Positions 38,219-49,211 of a DNA stretch of 64,000 nt are shown here, in pieces (the first letter of the stretch is position 1; the number at the start of each line of letters is the position of its first letter). The notes under the pieces were generated by a model. It was given only the letters and a program-made list of their open reading frames with translations, was not told the origin of the DNA and made no database searches. The translations under genes and the position numbers were made by a program. The stretch lies in sequence record SRR20825006_128; one strand, given 5' to 3'.

Positions 38219-38896
38219 ATGTCAACTAAACTTCCCGCAGCGTATTTTCAGTTTTTATACGAACTCAAAGAAAACAACCATAAAGAGTGGATGGACGCAC
38301 ATAAGGCGGAATATAAAACTCTGGAAAAACAGTTCAAGCAATTTTGTGAAGACATCAAGAATCAGTTAAACAATTTTGACGAGATTGAGCGCGCAAAAGT
38401 ATTTAGGATCAACAGAGATGTACGTTTTAGCAAGAATAAAAATCCGTATAAAACCAACAGAGGAGCTATTTTCTCTAGATCTGGCGTGCAGCGAAGAGGT
38501 AGTTTTTATTTTCAGATGGCGCCTGGTGCCAGTTTTGCCGGAGGTGGTTTCTTTAAGCCAGAATCGGCAGATTTGCTTAGAATACGCAAGGAGTTTGAGT
38601 TTGACGCAGACCCCATACGATCTATTTTAAATCAAAAAGAATTTAAGTCGGTCTACGGCGGATTTAATACTGAAAGTCAGGTAAAAACAGCTCCAAAAGG
38701 TTTTAGCAAAGACGACCTTAATATTGATCTGATCAAGAATAAAAACTTTTTTGTCACGCACCAATACACAGATGCCGAAGTTCTCGCAGAAGATTTTCAG
38801 CAAACCTTATTACAACACTTTAAGCTGTTGTTGCCGTTTTTTGATTATATGAGCGAAGTTTTGACAACAGATTTAAACGGAGAATCTATTCTCTAG
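38219..38896 (+). CDS. DUF2461 (TIGR02453) family protein
   Basis: LKENNHKEW, FRINRDVRFSKNKNPYK and KTAPKGF. Confidence 0.9.
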   Translation: MSTKLPAAYFQFLYELKENNHKEWMDAHKAEYKTLEKQFKQFCEDIKNQLNNFDEIERAKVFRINRDVRFSKNKNPYKTNRGAIFSRSGVQRRGSFYFQMAPGASFAGGGFFKPESADLLRIRKEFEFDADPIRSILNQKEFKSVYGGFNTESQVKTAPKGFSKDDLNIDLIKNKNFFVTHQYTDAEVLAEDFQQTLLQHFKLLLPFFDYMSEVLTTDLNGESIL

Positions 38897-39013
38897 CTTT
38901 CAAAGAGTTAGCTTTTTGATCCAGATTCTTAAAAACTTTGTTAATTAAAATGACTTTTGAGGCTTTAAAAAACCTCTGTGAAATGCTATATTAGCGGACA
39001 TCCCTTTTATTTT

Positions 39014-40870
39014 ATGGCTGAAGAAACAAAATACACCGAGGACAATATTAGATCCCTTGACTGGAAAGAACATATACGTATGCGTCCAGGGATGTACATC
39101 GGGAAACTGGGCGATGGATCTAGTGCAGACGATGGAATTTACATTCTTTTAAAAGAGGTTTTAGACAACTCTATTGATGAGTTTGTAATGGGCTCCGGTA
39201 AAACCATTGAAGTTAGTATTCAAGGAACACGCGTGATCATTCGTGATTATGGCCGTGGAATCCCGCTAGGGAAGGTGGTTGATGTGGTTTCAAAAATGAA
39301 TACCGGTGGTAAGTATGATTCTCGTGCCTTTAAAAAATCGGTGGGATTAAATGGTGTAGGTACCAAAGCGGTAAATGCACTTTCTGAATATTTTAGAGTA
39401 GAATCTACCCGTGACGGGCAATCTGCTTCCGCAGAATTTGAACGCGGAACTCTAAAAGATCAAGAGTTTCTGGAAGAAACCTCACGCCGCAAGGGTACTA
39501 AAGTGACTTTTGTACCGGATGATACCATTTTTAAGAATTACAAATTTAGAAATGAGTATGTTTCGCGAATGCTTAAAAACTATGTTTACCTCAATCCGGG
39601 ATTGACCATAGTTTTTAATGGCGAAAAATTCTATTCAGAAAATGGACTGAAAGATCTTCTGGGCGACCGTATCGCCGAGAATGATGTGCTGTATCCAATT
39701 ATTCACTTACGCGGGGATGATATTGAAGTAGCGCTTACCCACAGCCGCACGCAGTATTCTGAAGAATATCACTCGTTTGTGAATGGTCAGAATACCACAC
39801 AAGGTGGTACACATCAGGCGGCTTTTAGAGAAGCCGTGGTTAAGACCATACGTGAGTTCTACAATAAAAATTATGATGCTTCAGATATTCGGAAGTCTAT
39901 TGTTTCGGCAATAAGTATTAAAGTGATGGAGCCGGTTTTTGAGTCACAGACTAAAACCAAATTAGGTTCTACTGATATGGGAGGAGATTTGCCTACGGTA
40001 CGTACCTATGTCAATGACTTTCTCAAGACCAAACTGGATAACTATCTGCATAAAAACCCGGAAACCGCTGAAAAACTTCAGCGCAAAATTCTTCAGGCAG
40101 AGCGGGAGCGTACCGAGCTAAGCGGAATTAGAAAACTGGCAAAAGAGCGGGCTAAAAAGGCAAGCTTACACAATAAAAAACTTAGAGATTGTAGAATTCA
40201 CCTTACAGACAGTAAAAAGGAGCGCAATCTAGAGAGCACATTATTTATAACCGAGGGAGATTCAGCATCAGGGTCTATTACTAAATCTCGTGATGTAAAT
40301 ACCCAGGCGGTTTTTAGTTTACGCGGTAAACCGCTCAACTCGTACAATATGAGTAAGAAGATTGTATATGAGAATGAAGAATTCAATCTCTTGCAATCTG
40401 CTTTAAATATTGAAGAATCTATGGAAGATTTGCGTTACAACAACATTGTGATCGCAACAGATGCCGATGTTGATGGGATGCACATTAGATTATTGCTTAT
40501 AACGTTCTTTTTGCAATTTTTCCCTGAGCTTATCAAAGAGGGACATTTATATATTTTAGAAACGCCACTCTTTAGAGTACGTAATAAGAAAAAAACAATT
40601 TACTGTTATAGCGAGCAGGAGCGTCGTGATGCAATTGAAGAATTAAGCGGAAAACCGGAGATCACCCGATTTAAAGGTTTAGGTGAAATTTCGCCAGACG
40701 AGTTCAAACACTTTATTGGTGACAGTATCCGTTTAGCGCCTATTATGCTTGACGAAGCGATGTCTATTGAAGAAATTTTACAGTTCTATATGGGCAAAAA
40801 CACACCAGACCGCCAGAAGTTTATTATTAATAATCTTAAGGTGGAGTTAGATCCTGTATTAGAAAATTAG
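39014..40870 (+). CDS. parE: DNA topoisomerase IV subunit B
   Basis: [46 protein letters not shown] and RFKGLGE; Bacteroidota ParE type. Confidence 0.93.
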   Translation: MAEETKYTEDNIRSLDWKEHIRMRPGMYIGKLGDGSSADDGIYILLKEVLDNSIDEFVMGSGKTIEVSIQGTRVIIRDYGRGIPLGKVVDVVSKMNTGGKYDSRAFKKSVGLNGVGTKAVNALSEYFRVESTRDGQSASAEFERGTLKDQEFLEETSRRKGTKVTFVPDDTIFKNYKFRNEYVSRMLKNYVYLNPGLTIVFNGEKFYSENGLKDLLGDRIAENDVLYPIIHLRGDDIEVALTHSRTQYSEEYHSFVNGQNTTQGGTHQAAFREAVVKTIREFYNKNYDASDIRKSIVSAISIKVMEPVFESQTKTKLGSTDMGGDLPTVRTYVNDFLKTKLDNYLHKNPETAEKLQRKILQAERERTELSGIRKLAKERAKKASLHNKKLRDCRIHLTDSKKERNLESTLFITEGDSASGSITKSRDVNTQAVFSLRGKPLNSYNMSKKIVYENEEFNLLQSALNIEESMEDLRYNNIVIATDADVDGMHIRLLLITFFLQFFPELIKEGHLYILETPLFRVRNKKKTIYCYSEQERRDAIEELSGKPEITRFKGLGEISPDEFKHFIGDSIRLAPIMLDEAMSIEEILQFYMGKNTPDRQKFIINNLKVELDPVLEN

Positions 40871-40909
40871 AATAAGAATTTCCATTTATCTTTTTGAGAT
40901 AAAGAAACT

Positions 40910-43546
40910 ATGAGCGAAAACTACGAAGATCCAAATTTAGAACAACCAGACGACGAAAATTCAGGTGAAACCATAACCCGAGTAACGGGTATGTTTAAAG
41001 ACTGGTTTCTGGATTATGCCTCTTATGTTATTTTAGAACGTGCGGTACCGGCGATTGAAGATGGTTTTAAACCTGTACAACGCCGTATCATGCACTCGAT
41101 GAAAGATCTTGATGATGGCCGCTACAACAAAGTGGCAAACATTGTTGGTCATACGATGCAGTATCATCCGCACGGTGACGCGAGTATTGCCGATGCAATG
41201 GTGCAAATGGGGCAAAAAGATTTATTGATCGATACCCAAGGAAACTGGGGGAACACCTTAACCGGTGACAGCGCTGCAGCTTCGCGTTATATTGAAGCCC
41301 GACTTTCAAAATTTGCGTTGGAAGTGTTGTTTAGTCCGAAAATTACAGATTGGCAAGCTTCCTACGATGGAAGAAGAAAAGAACCCATAAATCTTCCGGT
41401 TAAATTCCCTTTGTTGTTAGCACAAGGTGCCGAAGGTATTGCGGTAGGTTTAAGTACGAAGGTGCTTCCGCATAATTTTATCGAATTGATCGATGCTTCG
41501 GTAAAGCATTTAGAAGGAAAGAAATTTAAAATCCTACCGGATTTTCCTTCCGCAGGAGAAGCAGATTTTAGTGATTACAAAGACGGAAAACGAGGTGGTC
41601 GAGTACGCGTACGTGCAAAGATCAGTCAGCAGGATAAGAATACTTTAGTAATCACCGAAATACCTTTCACTACCACCACTACCTCTCTGATAGACAGTAT
41701 TTTAAAAGCAAACGATAAAGGAAAGCTTAAAATAAAAAGGATAGAGGATAACACCTCTTCTGAGGTTGAAATCTTAGTGCATTTACCAGCCGGACTTTCT
41801 CCTGATAAAACCATTGGGGCGCTTTACGCATTTACCAATTGTGAGGTTTCTATTTCGCCTTTAGGTTGTGTGATTGAAGATAACAAACCGTTGTTTGTAG
41901 GTGTCAGTGAGATGCTGCGTATTTCAACAGAGCGCACTAAGGATTTATTACGCCAGGAGCTTGAAATACAACTTGAGGAGTTAGAAAATCAATGGCATTA
42001 TGCTTCTTTAGAACGCATTTTTATCGAAAATAGAATATACCGTGATATTGAAGAAGAGACCACCTGGGAAGGCGTTTTACACGCGATCAATGAAGGTTTA
42101 AAACCACATATAGGGCATCTAAAACGGCCTGTGGTTGAAGAAGATCTTGTGCGCCTGACTGAAATTCGTATCAAGCGAATTTCAAAATTTGATATTGATA
42201 AAGCGCAGCAGCGCATTGAAGCACTAGAAGATCAGATCGCCGAAGTAAAACATCATTTAGAGCATCTTACGGAGTTTGCCATTGCTTATTTCAAAAGACT
42301 TAAGAAAGAATATGGCGCCGGTAGAGAGCGCAAAACTGAGATCAAACTCTTTGATGATATCGAAGCGTCAAAAGTGGTTATTCGCAACACAAAACTTTAT
42401 GTGAATCGTAAAGAAGGTTTTGTGGGCACGTCACTCAAGAAAGACGAGTATGTCACAGATTGCGCTGATATTGATGATATTATCGTTTTTACTAAAGAAG
42501 GAAAAATGATGGTGTCTAAGGTGGATACCAAAACCTTTGTGGGTAAAGACATCATACACGTAGCCGTATTTAAAAAGAAAGACAAGCGCACCATTTATAA
42601 TATGTTGTATCGCGATGGAAAAGGAGGCGCAACTTATGTCAAGCGCTTTAATGTTACCAGTACGACGCGCGACCGCGAGTATGATATGACTAAAGGAAAA
42701 AAAGGCTCTCAAGTACTTTATTTTTCTGCGAACCCTAATGGAGAGGCTGAAGTGGTATCCGTTTATTTGAGAGCAGTGGGTAATATAAAGAAGTTAAAGT
42801 TTGATTTAGACTTTTCTGATATTCTTATCAAAGGCCGAAACGCAAACGGAAACCTTGCGACCAAACACGCTGTACGCACTGTAGAGCTAAAAGAAAAAGG
42901 AGTTTCTACATTAAAGCCTAGAAAAATCTGGTTTGATGATACCATTCAGCGTTTAAATGTAGATGGTAGAGGAGAACTTCTGGGGGAATTTAAGGGAGAA
43001 GACAGGCTGTTGATCATCACTCAAGATGGAATCGCCAAAACCATAACTCCGGAACTTACCACGCGTTTTGACGATAAAATGATCGTATTAGAAAAATGGA
43101 TTCCTGCTAAACCTATATCGGCGATCTATTGGGATGGAAACAGAGAACGTTATTATGTAAAACGCTTTTTGATTGATAATCCTGAGAAAGAAGAATCGTT
43201 TGTTTCTGATCACGAAAATACGCAATTAGAGCTTGTTTCTACAGACTATAGGCCAGTGGTAGAAATGGTATTTTACAAAGAGCGTAATAAGGATCAAAAG
43301 GCAAATGAAACGGTTGATATAGAAGATTTTATATCGATTAAAGGAATAAATGCTTTAGGTAATCAATTTTATACTGAAAAGCTCAAGCAGATCAATTTAT
43401 TAGACCCGCTACCTTATGAGGAGCCCGTGGAAGCACAGCCTGAACAGGATGTTGAAACCTCTTCAGAATCAGAAGAGACAGCTCATTCTGAGAACGATCA
43501 AGAGGATCACATAAAAGGGGATGGGAGTCAAGGATCATTATTTTAA
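40910..43546 (+). CDS. parC: DNA topoisomerase IV subunit A
   Basis: DGFKPVQRR, YHPHGD, AAASRYIE (catalytic Tyr); follows parE. Confidence 0.92.
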   Translation: MSENYEDPNLEQPDDENSGETITRVTGMFKDWFLDYASYVILERAVPAIEDGFKPVQRRIMHSMKDLDDGRYNKVANIVGHTMQYHPHGDASIADAMVQMGQKDLLIDTQGNWGNTLTGDSAAASRYIEARLSKFALEVLFSPKITDWQASYDGRRKEPINLPVKFPLLLAQGAEGIAVGLSTKVLPHNFIELIDASVKHLEGKKFKILPDFPSAGEADFSDYKDGKRGGRVRVRAKISQQDKNTLVITEIPFTTTTTSLIDSILKANDKGKLKIKRIEDNTSSEVEILVHLPAGLSPDKTIGALYAFTNCEVSISPLGCVIEDNKPLFVGVSEMLRISTERTKDLLRQELEIQLEELENQWHYASLERIFIENRIYRDIEEETTWEGVLHAINEGLKPHIGHLKRPVVEEDLVRLTEIRIKRISKFDIDKAQQRIEALEDQIAEVKHHLEHLTEFAIAYFKRLKKEYGAGRERKTEIKLFDDIEASKVVIRNTKLYVNRKEGFVGTSLKKDEYVTDCADIDDIIVFTKEGKMMVSKVDTKTFVGKDIIHVAVFKKKDKRTIYNMLYRDGKGGATYVKRFNVTSTTRDREYDMTKGKKGSQVLYFSANPNGEAEVVSVYLRAVGNIKKLKFDLDFSDILIKGRNANGNLATKHAVRTVELKEKGVSTLKPRKIWFDDTIQRLNVDGRGELLGEFKGEDRLLIITQDGIAKTITPELTTRFDDKMIVLEKWIPAKPISAIYWDGNRERYYVKRFLIDNPEKEESFVSDHENTQLELVSTDYRPVVEMVFYKERNKDQKANETVDIEDFISIKGINALGNQFYTEKLKQINLLDPLPYEEPVEAQPEQDVETSSESEETAHSENDQEDHIKGDGSQGSLF

Positions 43547-43549
43547 ATT

Positions 43550-44002
43550 ATGGGATTAATTCAGGAGTTTAAGAATTTTGCTGTAAAAGGCAATATGGTT
43601 GATATTGCTATTGGTGTGATCATCGGTGCGGCTTTTCAAAGTGTAGTGGATGTCATTGTAAAAAAAATTATGATGCCTCCACTTTCGTTACTCACAGATG
43701 GTGTGCGTCTAGCCAATAAAAAGATTGTGCTGAAAGACGCATATACCGCCGTAGACGGCACTGCTGTTGAAGAAATAGCCATTGGCTATGGAGAATTGAT
43801 CGAGGTATTGATCGACTTTTTTATCATTGCGATTGTAGTTTTTATTGTGGTAAAATTGATGAATAGTTTAAAAAGACAAAGTGAAGATGATCAGAATCCT
43901 GCTGTTGAAACTCCAAAAAACATTCAGCTTTTGTCACGAATGGAAACCTTACTTGAAGAACAAAATCAGCTTTTAAGAAACCAACAAAAAAGCAGAAAGT
44001 AA
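43550..44002 (+). CDS. mscL: Large-conductance mechanosensitive channel
   Basis: EFKNFAVKGNMVDIAIGVIIGAAF and a second TM helix IDFFIIAIVVF. Confidence 0.95.
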   Translation: MGLIQEFKNFAVKGNMVDIAIGVIIGAAFQSVVDVIVKKIMMPPLSLLTDGVRLANKKIVLKDAYTAVDGTAVEEIAIGYGELIEVLIDFFIIAIVVFIVVKLMNSLKRQSEDDQNPAVETPKNIQLLSRMETLLEEQNQLLRNQQKSRK

Positions 44003-44140
44003 GAATTTTCTTTCGTTAAAATTATTTTTAATAATTATTTTAGGTGGTTAATCGATTATTTATTGTTTTATAGTACTTCACTCGCAAGAAAATCTGTACT
44101 TTTAACATTAAATTATAAATAAGCGACAGCTACTTCCTAG

Positions 44141-46204
44141 ATGGCAAAAGGAATACCCCCCAAACACTATTTTATAGCCTTCCTCTGGTTTTTAATACCG
44201 GCGCTCGTTTGCTTTTATGTGTATCACAGCTACAAAGTAGCTTTACCTCAGAAGCTTTCAGACCAAGTGCAATTAACCGGAAGCTTGGCCACACAAGACT
44301 TTAAGCGCACCGTGCGCAGTAATGTGCAGGCGCTACAAAACCTTACAGAGCGCATTGAAGAAACTGACGGCGCATACTATGATTATTGGAAACAAGATGC
44401 GAAGCGTTTGCTCAAGCAAAATGAGTCTTTAGATTTTGTTGAGATCATCAACGCAGACGGAATTATTGAAGATGTGTATCCTAGAAGGCCTAATGTACCT
44501 GCTATAGGATTAGATATTTCAAAGTTGGGCTACCGTTTTGCCGACTGGAAAAGTAAATCAAACCAGGGCATTACAAACATTACTCAATGGTTGCACCTTT
44601 CGCAAGGCGGTGATTCTTTTCTTATTGATGTTCCGGTGTACATTAATGATGAATTTCAGGGAACCGTAACCGGTGGAATGAACTTTAATGAGGAATTTGA
44701 TCGGCTAAGTTATTATCTTAAAGACTTTGCGATTCAAATTTTTGATGAAGAAGGGACCCAGTTTTATAATTATAATAATTATGATTTAGCTCAGAAAGAT
44801 CCGTATTACATTTTTGAGACTGCGATGATTATGGATTCTGATTTAAATGAATCCTGGAATTTTCAACTTACCTTTTCTAATCCAGATTTCTTTGCTGAAG
44901 AAATGTTGCTGATCAATATTGCGTTGGCAGTGGGGCTAATTTTATCTCTGGCAATTGGTTTGCTTTCTTTTTTCAACCGAAACGCTCAAGTTGCCGCAAG
45001 ACGCACCTTTATTATCAACAAAGAATTGAAAAAGGTCAATCAGCATCTTGAGGAACAAACGCAGCGTGCCAATCAGGCTTCAATCGCTAAAACGGAATTT
45101 CTATCTAATATGAGTCACGAGATCAGAACTCCGTTAAATGCTATTGTAGGGATCACCGATCTTATAGGTTCCGGAACGAATACTTTTGAAGAAGAACATT
45201 ACTTATCTCTTTTAAAACAATCCTCAAAAACCTTACTCAATCTAATCAACGATATTTTGCGTCTTGACAAGATTGAGTCTGGCTTTTCTGAAGTTGCCCA
45301 CATTAAATTTTGTCCGTCTGATATTTTAAAGAATATTGAACAGTTTAACCTTCAGGTTTTAAAAGACAAAGGCATTGCATTTGAATTAAAAATCGAAGCT
45401 GAAGAACATAGTTTTGTGTTGGGAGATCGTGCTAAATATGAGCAGATCATCAATAATATTATCAGTAACGCTATCAAGTTCACTGAATCCGGAAGTATAA
45501 AAGTGCTCTATAAAGAGGAGGTAAGTGAAAACAAAACCCATCTCTCTATCAGCGTCAAAGACACGGGAATAGGTATTCCTCAAGATAAATTGGATAAAAT
45601 CTTTGAGCGCTTTATTCAGCTAGATACAGGAATGCGCAAAAAGCACAGTGGAGGCGGAATTGGCTTATCTATTGCAAAACATTTGGTCGAATTATTGAAA
45701 GGGAAAATTTCGGTCAAGAGTCAAGAGGGTAAAGGTTCTGAGTTTAGCATTGCGCTTACTTTTGATACAGCTGTTGAAAATTGCACAACAAAAGATACTA
45801 CCCCAAAATCTGAGATTCCGAATCTTAATATACTTGCAGTTGATGACAACAAGCTAAACGTTATTGTTCTCTCGCAATTGCTCAAGAAACTCGGCTTAGA
45901 CGCAGATATTGCGTACACCGGTAAAGATGCTGTCTCTAAAGCTCAGAAAAAGAAGTATGACCTCATTTTTATGGATGTTCATATGCCGGATATAGATGGG
46001 TATGAGGCAACCAAACAAATCAAGTTGGCTAACAAAGCAACGGTGATCTTAGGGCTTTCAGCAGATTCTACGCTAAGCGCAATGGATAAAGGAATTGATT
46101 GCGGAATGAGTGATTACCTAACCAAGCCAATTGATAAAAGCAAATTGATCTTAGTGCTTAACGAGCACTTTGGGATAGGTGGTTCGCAGAAAATTGTTAT
46201 TTGA
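44141..46204 (+). CDS. Hybrid sensor histidine kinase/response regulator with a periplasmic sensor domain
   Basis: Two TM helices flanking a sensor domain; SHEIRTPL, NAIKFT, DTGIGI, GGGIGL and a receiver domain (VDDN, FMDVHMP, KP). Confidence 0.92.
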   Translation: MAKGIPPKHYFIAFLWFLIPALVCFYVYHSYKVALPQKLSDQVQLTGSLATQDFKRTVRSNVQALQNLTERIEETDGAYYDYWKQDAKRLLKQNESLDFVEIINADGIIEDVYPRRPNVPAIGLDISKLGYRFADWKSKSNQGITNITQWLHLSQGGDSFLIDVPVYINDEFQGTVTGGMNFNEEFDRLSYYLKDFAIQIFDEEGTQFYNYNNYDLAQKDPYYIFETAMIMDSDLNESWNFQLTFSNPDFFAEEMLLINIALAVGLILSLAIGLLSFFNRNAQVAARRTFIINKELKKVNQHLEEQTQRANQASIAKTEFLSNMSHEIRTPLNAIVGITDLIGSGTNTFEEEHYLSLLKQSSKTLLNLINDILRLDKIESGFSEVAHIKFCPSDILKNIEQFNLQVLKDKGIAFELKIEAEEHSFVLGDRAKYEQIINNIISNAIKFTESGSIKVLYKEEVSENKTHLSISVKDTGIGIPQDKLDKIFERFIQLDTGMRKKHSGGGIGLSIAKHLVELLKGKISVKSQEGKGSEFSIALTFDTAVENCTTKDTTPKSEIPNLNILAVDDNKLNVIVLSQLLKKLGLDADIAYTGKDAVSKAQKKKYDLIFMDVHMPDIDGYEATKQIKLANKATVILGLSADSTLSAMDKGIDCGMSDYLTKPIDKSKLILVLNEHFGIGGSQKIVI

Positions 46205-48125
46205 TAGGCAAATTCAGCAGTACTTGTGTGCCTTTAGGGTTTTCATTAGCGTCATACAAATCAATGAAATTAAGGGTGTAATTGTGTCTTAGATTCTTCG
46301 AGAAGTTTTGCAGTCGCTTTAATGTAAGATTGATCCCTATTGATTTCTTTTGCGTATTGATTTTTTCACTAGGCATTTCCATAGTTTTTTTTCTGCCTAT
46401 GCCATTATCTGTAATGGTAATCGTTATATAATGCTCATCTTTTTTCTTTACATCTAGTGCAAGTCGCTTATAACCTTCTTTGGCTTGCAAGCCGTGCCAT
46501 AAAGCATTTTCTAAAAAAGGTTGTAATATGAGCGATGGAATTTTAATAGCCGAGATGTCTACTTGATCATCAATAGTTTCTTTATAATCAATTTCATTAC
46601 AAAATCTGATATTCTCAATATTAACGTACAAGCGCATCGTTTCGAGTTCTTCGGCAAGTGTAATTTCTTTTTCTAGCGAACTGGATAATATAGACCGAAT
46701 AAGTTTTGCAAATTGATTGAGGTAATTGGTAGCATCCTCAAGGTTGCTGTTCTGTAAATAGATACGAATGGAAAGCAACGCGTTAAAAATAAAATGCGGA
46801 TTCATTTGAGAGCGCATTAATTTTTGCTCTGCATTTAAGCGTTGCTTTTGATTTCTTAATTGGGTTTGACGATATAAAATGATGAGAATGATCAAGATAA
46901 GAAACGCAACTAAGAGAATAAAGATGTTATTTTTACGGCTTTGACTGAGTTGAATTTGCGCGATCTCATTATTTTGCTGCAGTAAGCTAATCGTATTTTT
47001 CTTTTGTTCTGTATCGTATTTGTAAATGAGGTTACTTACATATTTGTGATTGGCTTCGTTAAGGTAGGCTTCTTGTACTTCTTGAGATTTGCGTTGATAC
47101 TGTAAAGCTGCATTATAATCCCCGGTTTTCTCTTTAAGTTGAGAAAGGTGCATATAAGCCAGGCTTAAAAACTGCTTTTGATCATTCTCTTTGGCTATAT
47201 TTTTTCCTTTAAGGAGATAGTTTTCTCCGAGACTTAAATTGCCCACTTCGCTATTGGCCCAGCCCAAATTTATATATGTCAACGCTATATAAAATTTATC
47301 GCCTATCTCAAGAGCTTTGGGCAATGAAGGTTTTATAAGCGTTAGGGCTTCTTGTGGCTTTCCTTGTTTTAAATAGACTTGGCCTATACTATTGTGACAA
47401 ATGACCCTTCCTAAATCACTATTGATCTTCTCATTATATTCTAAAGACTTCTGATAATTAATCAACGCCTTATCGTAAAGTTCGCGCTCTTCATAAGTGA
47501 TTCCCAGATTAGCATAATTGATCGCCATACCCAGATCGCTCGTTAAGTTGATCTCGCTGTTAATGGCCAGCTTAAAGAATTTTTCTGCCTGCTCATAATC
47601 GCGTAAAAGCAAATAGATGTTTCCTATGCTGTTTTGTGATATTGCAATGCCTTTTAAAAGCGCATTGGATTTTTTGGGCTGACTTTCTGCTAACGCGAGT
47701 GCCGCATTATGATTGTCAAGTGCAGAACTTACCGCATCAATTCTTCGGTACACAACCCCGGTCATATTGAGAATAGAAACTTCTAATTCTACATCATTGA
47801 TGGCCTCGGCTAAGGTTAGAGCTCTTTGATGATGCGCTATAGATTCGTCATAATACGAGCGATCTCTTAGAAAAATTCCATATAAATTTTCACCAAAGGC
47901 TTCGCCAAAATCATAATTGGCTTTTTGAGATCGATCAATAAAAGTAGTAATGCCTAGCGAATCGCGTCTGAATCGAGAGGTGTATTTCTGCAAAGAATCA
48001 AAAGTGGTGAATCGTTTTTGCAGAAGTTCATCAATGATATTTTTTACATTGGTATCCTGACCAAAAGAGGGCCTGAAAGAAAACAGACAAAAGCAAAGGA
48101 AGGTATAAAAAATAGCACGCGACAA
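46197..48125 (-). CDS. TPR-containing LytS/YehU-type sensor histidine kinase
   Basis: Signal peptide, TPR repeats and a TM helix; RSQMNPHFIFNAL, LQPFLENALWHG and DNGIG. Confidence 0.92.
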   Translation of the reverse strand: MSRAIFYTFLCFCLFSFRPSFGQDTNVKNIIDELLQKRFTTFDSLQKYTSRFRRDSLGITTFIDRSQKANYDFGEAFGENLYGIFLRDRSYYDESIAHHQRALTLAEAINDVELEVSILNMTGVVYRRIDAVSSALDNHNAALALAESQPKKSNALLKGIAISQNSIGNIYLLLRDYEQAEKFFKLAINSEINLTSDLGMAINYANLGITYEERELYDKALINYQKSLEYNEKINSDLGRVICHNSIGQVYLKQGKPQEALTLIKPSLPKALEIGDKFYIALTYINLGWANSEVGNLSLGENYLLKGKNIAKENDQKQFLSLAYMHLSQLKEKTGDYNAALQYQRKSQEVQEAYLNEANHKYVSNLIYKYDTEQKKNTISLLQQNNEIAQIQLSQSRKNNIFILLVAFLILIILIILYRQTQLRNQKQRLNAEQKLMRSQMNPHFIFNALLSIRIYLQNSNLEDATNYLNQFAKLIRSILSSSLEKEITLAEELETMRLYVNIENIRFCNEIDYKETIDDQVDISAIKIPSLILQPFLENALWHGLQAKEGYKRLALDVKKKDEHYITITITDNGIGRKKTMEMPSEKINTQKKSIGINLTLKRLQNFSKNLRHNYTLNFIDLYDANENPKGTQVLLNLPIK

Positions 48126-48140
48126 AAGCTTCAGATTTTA

Positions 48141-48193
48141 CGAGCATCCCAAAGTATTTAATACTCCATTCCGATCGCTATCGGGATGCCTCG
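48141..48193. repeat. Composite inverted repeat / REP-like palindrome
   Basis: CGAGCATCCC (48141-50) pairs with GGGATGCCTCG (48183-93); inner AGTATT-t-AATACT and CCGAT-cgct-ATCGG. Confidence 0.5.
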
Positions 48194-48350
48194 AAATTAA
48201 AAATTCGTTTCTAATAATTGCCTTTAGGGTTTTTCCTGTGACAATGATGAGTAAAATACATCATTTATAAAACAGGATAAATATAGTACAAAGTTTAAAC
48301 AGATGCTTTTGCGTTATATAATCAAACATTCGGATTTTATGTAAATCGCA

Positions 48351-48725
48351 TTATTTTACTTTAACGGCTGTTCCTTTTTGTTTTTTAGAGTCTCCAACCA
48401 AGGCATATTCAAAAGTGTAAGAGTTACCTTGAGTTGTAAGAATTTTAAAATGTAGCGCTTTGCGATCCATCATACTTTGAGGATTGATCTTTTTCGCAAC
48501 ATATTCACAATCGTTGATCCAACGAATGCTTGAAGAGTCTGCTTGACCTTTATAATAATCAATTTCCAAAGTGTCGTTACGCGTAAATGTTGTCTTTACA
48601 ACTTCTCCATCCAAATAGGTCTCAAACTCAAAGGAGCCCGTCTTAAAATCGGTGCAGTTGCGTTCAGGATTATAACACGAGTTGAGAAGAAGCATTGCGA
48701 GCAGCAAAAAGCAAAAATACCGCAT
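48351..48725 (-). CDS. Small hypothetical lipoprotein
   Basis: Lipobox LNSC, then ERNCTDFKTGSF and IRWINDCEY; TAACTTTG at 48752-48759 (minus). Confidence 0.85.
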   Translation of the reverse strand: MRYFCFLLLAMLLLNSCYNPERNCTDFKTGSFEFETYLDGEVVKTTFTRNDTLEIDYYKGQADSSSIRWINDCEYVAKKINPQSMMDRKALHFKILTTQGNSYTFEYALVGDSKKQKGTAVKVK

Positions 48726-48782
48726 AGGAGATCACATTATTTTGGTTATGCCAAAGTTAGCGAAGAATAAACATTCTGGCGA

Positions 48783-49211
48783 TTATGGATTAAAACTTTT
48801 AAAGGTTCCGTCTTTATAAAAGATCACAATACGCTCAATATCTGATTTAGTTGAAGGACTAGTGTCTGGAGTTGGCTGAGTAGTGCTTGAAGCATCTGTG
48901 GAATTAGAAGCTAACGCTACCGGTTCATCATCAAAATTTGCTGCAAGCTGCGAACTCACAATAGGAGCTCGTTTTGTGACTTGACCTTTAGGAAAGCTTC
49001 CTTTGCCATTTAAGAGCCAGTACAGCTCTACTTCAGGGAAGGCCTCAATGATCTTCATTACAAATTCTAGACTTGGTTTATTTCTGCCGGAAATAATATG
49101 AGAGATCGAAGAGCGCCCCACATCAATAGCATCAGCAAATGAAGTAGCGTTCAAATCGTACTCATCCATTATTTTCTGAAGCCTTTTAGTAAATAATTCG
49201 CTGTTTACCAT
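48783..49211 (-). CDS. XRE family helix-turn-helix transcriptional regulator
   Basis: ATSFADAIDVGRSSISHIISGRNKPSLEF HTH, WLLNGKG, a low-complexity linker and an IERIVIFYKDGTF tail. Confidence 0.92.
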   Translation of the reverse strand: MVNSELFTKRLQKIMDEYDLNATSFADAIDVGRSSISHIISGRNKPSLEFVMKIIEAFPEVELYWLLNGKGSFPKGQVTKRAPIVSSQLAANFDDEPVALASNSTDASSTTQPTPDTSPSTKSDIERIVIFYKDGTFKSFNP

